A stretch of 64,000 nucleotides of DNA from Oopsacas minuta. Lineage: Eukaryota; Animalia; Porifera. The notes under the pieces were generated by a model. The model ran no database searches. It was not told the DNA's origin and was given only the letters and a program-made list of their open reading frames with translations. The position numbers were made by a program, and so were the translations under genes. Positions within the stretch are counted from its first letter, which is position 1; the number at the start of each line of letters is the position of its first letter. Where the stretch lies: contig JAKMXF010000344.1 of NCBI GenBank assembly GCA_024704765.1, forward strand, positions 142,537 through 206,536. The letters run 5' to 3'. Below, piece after piece: positions 54,449-64,000 of the stretch.

Positions 54449-57328
54449 CAAAAGCAAAATACGTAATATAAGATCTAAAAAGACAACATTCGTCAATCAT
54501 TACAACAAGCAAGTTTCGCATACTTGTGCTCGCGACTCGCAAACAATTTATGTCCTTGTTGGCACCCTTCAGGTGATCAAATATTTTATTGATTTATTAA
54601 ATTGGCATATAGCATATGCATATCAACAATAAAACGATTCAAAACAGCTGTCCATAGAAAACATCTATATTATTAAGTATTAAGCCAACAACTTTCTTAG
54701 GCTCGGACAAGTTCGAGTCTTAGAGGAACATTTACACCTATGACGAAATTATGAGGTCACTGTCACCTTTATGATTTTCAAAAATCACATTATTAACCAC
54801 TGCTCAGTCAATATACATGATAGAAGTTGAATATTTGAACCACAGGTACCCCTCAATGTGCTAAATATCCTGACTTGGTGATTTTTAGCTAAATCCAAAC
54901 TCATTATGTAATTATTACATTATCATGAATGAACAAAAAATGAAAAAATTTATAATACTCGAGGAAAGTGTTGCACAAATTAATTTCGAAAAGTTGTGTA
55001 GTAGCTCCAGTATTATCACAGAAAGCCATTAAATAGAATTTCGAAGAGCCATAGATAAAAAATCAAAATTTCCACAAAATATTCACCTCAAGGCACGTAG
55101 TGCTGAGTATACCTAGTCGGGTAGCGACCAAAAGAATCAAGAAGTTTGGCAGTTTAATTCTTAAGCTAACCGGAGGTGCTAAGCTGTCATGCTGCACCTA
55201 GCAAGCGAAGCGGGTTAGTCAATCATTAATTCTAGTTTATGAAATAAACTTTTGTGGAGGTGGTCAATAATTTACCTGTATTCACGTTTGCCTTTGTCCA
55301 TTTCTTTGCATTACATCACTCAAAATCGCGGTTCCATGGCCGCTTTACTAGTAAACCCCAACGAATTAGGGCCTGAGTAATTGAAAAGAAAGACATGGAA
55401 ATTGAATTGAAATAACATTGAAGTAGATAAAGTGAAGTATAAATAAATAAAAGAATGTCTATTTTGTAAAAATGTAAATGAATCTCAAGGACATTATAAT
55501 TAAACTTAGAAAGATTAGTGAAAATAGTAAGATTAGTATCTGGGCATTAGAATGACGAATTTTGGATCAATGGAGAGATTGAAACTACTTCTATTAAGTC
55601 GAAAAGAGAAAGGCCAAATTGAGGTATGCTACATGCATAAACTCCGGGCACAAAGATATAAATAATAGAGAAGAAACTAACAAGGAGTGCAAATACATAT
55701 TTGGGAAATGATCGCAGTGTGTATTAGTAGAAGGCATTCAACTAAATTCAAATAAATATAAATATTCTCGAAGTGGAAGGGTCTATGTAAACGCTCAAAT
55801 AAAATCTTAAAACAAGTTCAAGAGCCACAACAAATGGATGCAACAAAGATAACTAATCACTGAAAAGTGCATATTGTGGCAATAATCATAGAATATTATT
55901 CAATTCATTCAATCGAAATACAATAACTTGAAATATTCTCGAATTGTTTCTAAAGGGAAAAAAGTTCTATGTAGTTCCTAATATGAGGGATAAACATGTC
56001 TAAGAGTCACAACACTTGGATCTAACACATGGAGAAGCACTTACTGAATAATGTAATTACTTATTGGTCATACGATATTATTCGAATCAATTCAATCGAA
56101 ATAAAATATTTCAAAATATTCAAGAAGTGTTTCGAAAGCGAAAATGATCTATGCAATTGCATATTTGCAATTACAGAGAACTTTATTCCCCATTAAATAC
56201 TTCGAGAAAATTTTTAATTATTGTATTTCGATTGAAAAGATTCGATCAATATTGAATGATTATTGCCCCAATATATACATGAATTACTCAGGATTGCCTC
56301 TTCATATGTGTGCTATTAAATCTCTCTATTAACTAGAAATATTCTTGACTTTGTTATAAATGGAAATGGCCTATGTAGCGCTTAAATATGAGGTATATAC
56401 TCTATGTGTCTAATGGATAAGAAAAGTAATTCTATGTTAGGCGGGTGATGAGTTATTTCTCAAATTTTCAAATTTTCACATTATATTTTTTCTGAATAAT
56501 TACATTCCAAATATCACCAATATGATATTTTGTTGATTCAACTTCTAAGTTGTACATTCTGAATAACACTACTAAGAATTTACAAATGCATATCTGGAGA
56601 ATTTGAACGGAAAATGTCTACACTGGACATACGTGATATAAGCCACAAACTACTGTTTTGAGTATTATTGAAGGTATCCAAATATAGAACATTTCCTTTA
56701 TAGGTTATATCCTAGGATCTCGTCAAATGCATATACACATTTCCTGAAATATTGCCCCTTAAATTTTGTGAAGATCTATAATTTGTTATTGTCAACTTTT
56801 GGGATCATCGAAAAATCATATTATTGGACAATACTCAGCCAATATACTTGTCACCTCCTGATGTCATGATATTTACCGAATGCAAACTCTTCGTGGAAGG
56901 ATCACGTTATCCTTACTTTACAAAGATTGAATATTTTACAGATTTCCATTAGTTAATTTCTGTTAGGTATAGTGTGAATAAGTAACTCAGGATCGAATAT
57001 CATAATGATATAATTTTAGAAAGACTAGCAAGAAAGAATCTCAAACAAAGGATAAATACTAGAAACTCAATAATTGATTCAATCTAAAATGAATATTTGC
57101 AAAAAACGATTTTCAAGACTTTGTAAAAATTATCTTCAAACTATCCGGAAATAGATTCGGATTCATTGATTCGAAGTTTGCTAACAAAGAAGAATTGAGA
57201 AATGATGCCCTTGTTTACGATCATACAATTCCCAAGTCGTACGTTAAGTGTACGTACATAACCTATTACTCAAGGAAGGAATGAATCTCAACTATTTAGG
57301 TAAAAGCATAAGTTACGTAATATAAATA

Positions 57329-57348
57329 TGTGTGTGTGTGTGTGTGTG
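57329..57348 (+). repeat. (TG)10 microsatellite
   Basis: Read directly from the sequence. Confidence 0.95.
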
Positions 57349-57569
57349 TTTATGCCTTATTACCTTGAATAGTAGCCCGCCATCGAATATTCGCATCCAA
57401 CAAATCATCGCATCCTAAAGGGACTCTAAAAATTCATAATTACGTACTACGTGTAATGGCATTCTGTATCTTGATTTATCTACCATCACTTAGAACAAAA
57501 AAATTACTACAAATAAATAAGTAAGGGCAAGAAATTAACGTATTTGCAATAATCGTAGCTTCCCCTTCA

Positions 57570-58156
57570 AGGGGCCTTAAAACAATAACCACCTCTCCTA
57601 TTATTCGAGGTAATATGGTGCTTATACTTACACCGATGTTTATACAATTCATGAATAATCACATTTTAATCATTATATATCTAAAGTAAATTCATTACTT
57701 TTCCATTAAGATATAGTCACCATATGCTTAGCACTCATGGAATTTCTAGTAAATCATCGAAAGAAAAGAAAATCATGATTGCAGTAGGAAAGAGTCCATA
57801 CCATAGTGGCTCCATAACCTGAAATGGTATGAATATTTAATGTTGCTATTACTGTAATCAGAATATTCGAAAACCTATTCAGATCAAATTTGAACTTCGT
57901 ATTCTTTCGATCTGATATTCTGGTATATGGATATGTAAAGTGACGTCTTATTTTGACTTCCAATATTTTGTGGTTACTTCGTAAGGATATATCAATTTCT
58001 AACGCAGTATTTTGCATTCCATTTCTCCCAACAATTGTATCTATTTTAGTACATGGATAGTCTCAATTTAAAATATATACAAAGATCTACACACTCTAAA
58101 TTAAAGAGCAAATGATTATATTTTATACTGGAAAATGTGCTCGGCTTTGGGCCCCT
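57570..58156. mobile_element. Possible Kolobok-type (TTAA) MITE
   Basis: TTCA|AGGGGCC ... GGCCCCT|TTAA: a 7-bp TIR with a near-TTAA TSD; no coding capacity. Confidence 0.4.
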
Positions 58157-58184
58157 TTAAAAATGGTGGAAAACTCATCGTGAG

Positions 58185-59340
58185 CACTATGTGGGTAGAA
58201 GATCTGAGCACTTTAATTCATCCAAAATTGAGTTGTCCTCAAAGGAAACCAATTTCTAGACTTCCAGAAACTCCCCGATAATGCTGGTGAATATTGTTAA
58301 TTATAGCGGATACATAAATTTTAGTTTTTAATATTTTTCTGCATTGAAAGATAATAGATATTTATATGAATAACAAGGAGGCGTTTGATTTACTTAACTC
58401 CCACTCGTCTCTTAGAGAAGCAACAAATGTTTTCTTCGAAAACTATCAAATACCTGAAGCCGAGATCCACTCTATTCATCGTAAGTTCTCCTAACTTAAA
58501 TCTGACCGAAATGTCTACAGCAAACGAAGTGATATACTCACTTGGAAGACTTCTTTTTCACCCTCTTCACATTGCTAGTCCTCTGAAAAAACGCTCAGTT
58601 AAACAAACATAGTGTTTCAGTGTGAACAAAGCAAGAAAGGTAGAAAAGCATTGTCTGAATTAACAAAGAAGGGACTCAAACATAGATTAAGACCAATTTT
58701 GGATTTAATTTCATTTATAGCTCAGAACGAGGATGTTGATCCCATTGAAATTGCAACCTACGTTCTAAAGCTTTATGGTGGCGAAGCAAGAAATCATGAA
58801 ATGATTAACTTTTGTAAACAATTATCGAACATGGGACGTTCCGAAGTGCTGTTAAGCGGTTACCATTGGGCAAGTCATTGTTTTTGTTAGATTTCTTGAA
58901 AATCGGGAAACATAAGTACACAAAAAAATGCGAAAATTGCGTAAGCCAGAAAGCATAGTTTCCCCAAATAGTATAATTTCTGACTATCGTGCTAGAAATA
59001 TACTCTCATCTGATATTCTCGAAATTCAAAATTCAGATGATGTCTCTATTGGTATCAGAATTTTGTATAGATCCATCTTGAAACAAACTGTGTTAATGTT
59101 ATTGGATATTGTTCCTCAACTACTTGAGAGTCAATATTCCTTAAGGGCATGGGGAGTAGGGAATATACTTTGAGATGGCGGAAATGATTTAACCATAATT
59201 TCAACGAGTTATTAGAGCTAAACCACTTGCAATCCATGGTTTGTGCGATAACTTAGAAACGTGCGAACCTTATCATGACAATTTTTGTATATTTTCACTT
59301 TTCTCCCTGGCCTGTTGAAATTCCCGAATGAACACAACAT
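58185..59340 (+). mobile_element. Transib/RAG1-like transposase pseudogene, 5' half
   Basis: Candidate left end CACTATG at 58185; ATG at 58366 is in frame with ORF 58612. Motifs: GRKALSELTKKGLKHRLR...EARNH, KSLFLLDFLKIGKHKYTK-MRK, IGIRILYRSILKQTV and AWG...DG. Contains stops and frameshifts; no right end found. Confidence 0.65.
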
Positions 59341-59459
59341 ATCTTTAGTAGGCTATGATCATTTACACGGTGGCAATCTAGTTCTGTTACATTCAAATTT
59401 GCGAATATCTCCGAAACTATTCAGTAGATATCGTCCAAATATTTCTCTTGAATTTTTGC

Positions 59460-60613
59460 TATATAGTACCGAATCATTCTACAAAATATTATCCAATATA
59501 GCAACCCATGTTTTTAATTACAGAATGTATTCATGTCCTACATTTTAGGACTTCGGCTTGCAGGTCTTCTTGTGGCATGTTATTCCATTCACTGGTTAAT
59601 GCGTTCTGAAGCGACGCCAAATTTATGGGGCCTAGAACAAGCCCTCTTTTCTAAATTATCCCACACAGAATAATCCAGTGGATTGAGGTCCCGGCTGGAA
59701 GGTTGTCATTCCGTCTTTGACATAAACTTAATATTTTGCACCTCAGCAAAGAATGGGTCGCATTCGAGGCATGCGTTAGAGCTGAATCCTGTTGGCATAT
59801 CCATTCCTGATTTTTGCATAGGCGACGACCTGCATCTTTGTGTTACGGCTCGGTATTAGCTCCCTGTACGTTTCTGAGGTTATTTTACTCCTTTCGGGAT
59901 AAAAATCAAATTTCTCCTCCAATTAGACGTCAAGCCTCCTCGAACCATAACAGATTGAGGTTTCTGGACTCGATCAACAAATTTAACCTCTACAGGGATG
60001 TTTTTAGTGGTAGTAGAGAAAATCCTATCTATTTGACGGTTCGTCTCTTCCTCTACAGTGAAGAGGTTTTCATCCAAGAAAACAACTTTTCTAAGTCTTG
60101 GAGTGCGAGCCGCCAGAGGAGCCCCTTGCATCTTTCGAGTCTCATTTTGACGAATTGATGGTGCCAGATGATGCATAATCGTTTTTGAGAGATTTAGTCC
60201 CAAGTCCTGATGTACGAGTGTCCTAAGCGGTTCACCGTTAATTCCAATTCCTTGGTCATTTTTCGCATTCAGCGTATGTGATTTTGCGAGGTTCGACTTC
60301 TCACTACCTTCCTGAGTCGGATAGATTTAGCTTTGGGTATTCTGCCTGAACGAGCCTTGTCAGTTATCCCACTAGTCTCCTTACATCGTTTTATGGTTCG
60401 ATACATCACAATTCTTTTCACTTTTTCATGTTTCAGCTTCTTCAAAATTTCATTTAGCGTATTACACGACAAATAATGAGTAATGACTTTGGACATTGCA
60501 TCTACCATGATGTAAGAATTCTACTAGACGCTAAACAGTATCATATGTTATTGTAATTCAACTATAACCAAGTAAAGTTAACGAAAAAAGACCAGTGATT
60601 AGGGTTGCGCTGT
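59460..60613 (-). mobile_element. maT-like Tc1/mariner remnant
   Basis: Motifs DKARSGRIP, KVVFLDENLFTVEEETNRQIDRI, QKPQSVMV, QQDSA and EWNNMPQ; homologous in layout to 15998-17302. Boundaries are approximate. Confidence 0.8.
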
Positions 60614-61085
60614 AAACATAGTAGTTAGCAACTCTACAATCAAATTAACAGAATATAATTGTCACCCAATATTAATTCGCATTGTTTTTCTGTTTATTGC
60701 CTAGAATTGTTTCAGAAACTGGAAATTTGGCATGAAAATGTAGAATGTGATAAATCTAGAAACAATCTCTAAGAAATAAGATATATCCAATTTTCCTTGT
60801 GAAATGTTATTTCAACGAGTAAAGCGGCCAATAGTATCTTTATTTTGAAAGATTTATGAAAGAAAACAATAGCCAACGGCTAACGGAAAATACATAACTA
60901 TGGCATAATTGTCACCTTTTCTAGTAAGAATCTTTCCTGTTGTATTTCTTGAATGATGTTTAAAGTCGAAATATGCATTAAATTGTCTCACTATATTTCT
61001 TACTTTTCAGTTTACGATATTTCACTATTCTCCATGTATTCGAGCAATACAATCAGCCAAAATTTTGTGTTGATATTTCACACAT

Positions 61086-61380
61086 ACAGGGTGACCAATA
61101 TATATTCTTAACATTATATTTAATATTCAAATTTCATTCTACAAAGTTGCACTAACTTTCTAATTTACTATAATCAGTTGACTATTATTACTTAGAATAC
61201 TTATACTCGTATTTATCTTTTTTGACAGACTAGCATTATATATTTCGGTTGAGGTCTAAGCGATCTGCTGCTAAAATTGTTAAACTGCTCAAAATATCTA
61301 AAATGTTTGTTCATCGTACTTTAGTCCGATATGGTGATATGGGAACTACACAATATAGGCCCCGACCAGTCACTAAAAAC
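61086..61380 (+). mobile_element. 5' fragment of a Tc1/maT element
   Basis: TA|CAGGGTGACCAA terminus and N-terminal HTH text SAAKIVKLLKISKMFVHRTLVRY; truncated. Confidence 0.55.
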
Positions 61381-62039
61381 TTGTGTAGGGAAAATTCGCC
61401 TGACTTTACCTTAACAACCGAATGGCCCCTAGTTCTTCAGGGCTTAACCCCTTAGAACAGGGATTCTTAAGGGGACGTTAGGTTCTAAGTGGGCGCTGGG
61501 AGAATATTTGAAATGATAAATATTGTATAATCTTGGATGAAAGAATTAATTTGATCAAGTGAAGGTTAGATATAGTATAGAATTATCATCAATCACTGAT
61601 TCAGTTTTTCGATTGTCAAACCAGTCAATTATTAAGGCACTTGCTTGATTTCAAAATAACCTGAACTGATATAAACAAATAACAATCATAAGTACTTAGC
61701 ATAATGAAATTCAAACAGGATTCATATTATAAATTCCTCATTAGTGTGATAAAAAAACAATACAAACGCCAGACGACGTTGATACTATCCGAAGTAGTCT
61801 ACATAGGATTGGAGGAATTTTAGAAATATTAGGAACTTCCGTATATTACCTCAAATCTAATAAATCACCAACTATATCATATTGCAAAATAACTTAATGG
61901 CTATTCCAGTGAAAAGAAATGTCGACAATGTTCGTCGATTATTTGCGCCATGTCTTTATCCCTTCACCATCTAATTGCCAACTTCCTATGTGTCTGATTA
62001 CCGAACATGTTTTTCTAATGAAGCAATGAAAACATCACA

Positions 62040-63500
62040 ATTTAAGAACATTTTTGGATAAAACATCCTGAACATAGCAACAAAGACATCTCTTTTTTTC
62101 GAAAATTTAAATGCTAAAACAATGAAGCGAAATACCCTCTCTAACATGTTCAAGAAGGAAATACTGAAAACCAAGACAGAATATTAGCTTCATACAATAA
62201 TTCCAATTAATGGCAAAAGATGGGAACCACATAGTATTGGCGAGACGCTTATTCTTCCTGCTATTTCAGAAGTTATCTCAACTGTTATGAACCAGAATTC
62301 CGCCGAGATTCTTAGATCCATCCCCTTAGGTAATGATACAGTTGCTAGGATAATTGAAGGGATGGCAAATGATGTGAAATTCAGATAAATCACATACTCC
62401 AAACTACAGAATTTAGCCTATAATTAGATGAGTCAACTCTCTGTGACAATGAGCACTAATACTAGCATACATACGCTTTACAAAACAAGGAGCAGCATCA
62501 GAAGAGCCACTATTTGCAAAATCACTAGTTATCAGAATCTATATTTGAAGTGTTTCAATCATTTTTTGAAAGTCACAAAATACCCTTGTCAAACATTATC
62601 GGATGCTCAACGGATGGTGTTCCCTCAATGATTGGGTGCTATCGTGGATTTATTGCTCCATTAAAGAAGGCAGCTACTAGCGTATTTTCCGTACATTGTG
62701 TCATACACCGTCAACACTTTGTAGCCAAGAAGCTTAGTGATCAGCTAAATTCATCACTACAAGTACTCATCACTGCAATTACAGTATCAAACACGTGCAC
62801 TAAAAGATCTTATTTTTCGACCACTTTGCCATGAGAATGATGAACATTTCGAACGACTTCTCCTTCACATAGAAGTCTGACGGGTGTCAAAGGAAAACTG
62901 CTTAAACGGTTCATTGAAATATTTGATACCATAGTCGAGTTTCTGGGTGGCTTTAATCCTGAACTGTCCGACGAAATCTAAATAAGAAACCATGATATCG
63001 CGTATCTTATTGACATTTTCATAAGTTGAATTCGTTAAATCTACAACTTTTAGGCCAAGATGTTACTTGATTTGTATAAGCAAAATGTTTGTAGCGGACA
63101 GTTCTACCAGTTCCCTTCTCTGTAAGCAATTCCTGATATACCTGATGTACAGCACGTACATATGCTTCGCATCTCGAATCAATGAGTGAAGATATTCAAA
63201 TCCGATCTAAGGACTTAACCCAGCTGATCGTACCAGATTGGGTAATGAACCCATTTTATACAGAGCTACAGACGGTAGAGCTAGAAATTAAAGAACAACT
63301 AGCTGAGCTACAAGCAGATATCGAAGCTCGAATACAATTTAATCAACTTGAGTATTTGAGCTTCTGGGTGCAAACGAAGAATATTTTGCGTATGCCGTTA
63401 TTATGGCAGAGGACAAAGCTTCTAATTCTTGCATTTTCGGCGCTGGAAAAATTTAAACGGGTTAAGTGGGCAGTAAGTGGAAATAGTTGAGAAACACTGC
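62040..63500 (+). mobile_element. hAT Buster/Charlie-type (ZBED5/FAM200-like) transposase remnant
   Basis: Motifs KPHSIGETLILPA, IPLGNDTVAR, LDEST, CSTDGVPSMIG and VHCVIHRQH; many frameshifts. Confidence 0.85.
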
Positions 63501-64000
63501 CTTAGAGCTCAGACTACTCTATATGTTTAATGTAGAAGCAAAGGCTTGTTTACAAATACAAGAGTGCTGAACAACCGAAGTTTTGCGTAAAACACTTTAC
63601 AATAATGAATATGTGAATAATTTGCTAAGCTTTTCAGCTTGTATTGGAAGGAATTGTCGAGGGGAAAGAAAGCAGAAGTTCAATTGGAAGACGGAATATG
63701 TCAAAATCGTCCCCTTGCACACTTGCCCGAATGCTAATGATTGATTACACGTATCAACAAGATTGCTCATCAGAGATCACATACATTTATCTTAGCATAC
63801 TTTTGAATGCTGAACTCGAATCTGCAATCAGAATTTCTCTAGCACGTCTAGTTATTCTGAAATCCAATATCCATTTTTTCAATAGTATAGTATTACCTAG
63901 TTACTAAATTGCTATATGAGCATGCCTATTTTGATTCAATTATCTGGAATATAAATGACTTTATTTATTTGAATTCAAGCAAATCAAATTATAAACATGC

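Noticed and set aside
54449-54496. 16-aa N-terminal extension of the septin ORF from the ORF track
   Set aside because: It starts at TTG and is hydrophobic, AT-rich and non-conserved; the first ATG is at 54448.
57803-57809. CATAGTG (inverse of CACTATG) as a second RSS-like end
   Set aside because: It lies upstream of 58185 and faces away, inside a probable MITE, with no matching TSD; expected by chance.
59340-64000. Convergent RAG2-like gene or right TIR for the Transib/RAG1-like relic
   Set aside because: No Kelch-like ORF and no GTG end followed by GTGAG was found; the region is explained by maT, Tc1 and Buster-type remnants.

Overview
AT-rich (roughly 30-35% GC by eye) eukaryotic, almost certainly invertebrate-animal, genomic DNA; the species cannot be identified from the sequence alone. 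Only two host genes are supported. One is the last three coding exons of a novel protein kinase C (delta/theta type, + strand: 2502-2820, 10026-10584, 31189-31652), with GT-AG introns of 7.2 and 20.6 kb. The other is a single-exon SEPT7-like septin (- strand, 53225-54448). Most of the rest is decayed DNA transposons: mariner, Tc1, maT (DD37D), several hAT lineages, three Chapaev3-like copies, a MULE, MITEs and a Helitron-like remnant, with only faint LINE traces. Two elements stand out. (1) An 8.5 kb nest at 32125-40653, whose outer shell is a ~2.7 kb TIR transposon encoding an integrase-type (KRBA2/SCAND3/Ginger-like) DDE transposase with three spliceosomal introns, GGG...CCC ends and a 4-bp TTAT TSD; it is interrupted by two hATs inserted at overlapping target sites. 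(2) A Transib/RAG1-like transposase relic at 58185-59340 that starts with CACTATG and has a RAG1 nonamer-binding-domain-like motif. All family assignments come from manual translation and remembered motifs, not from database searches.
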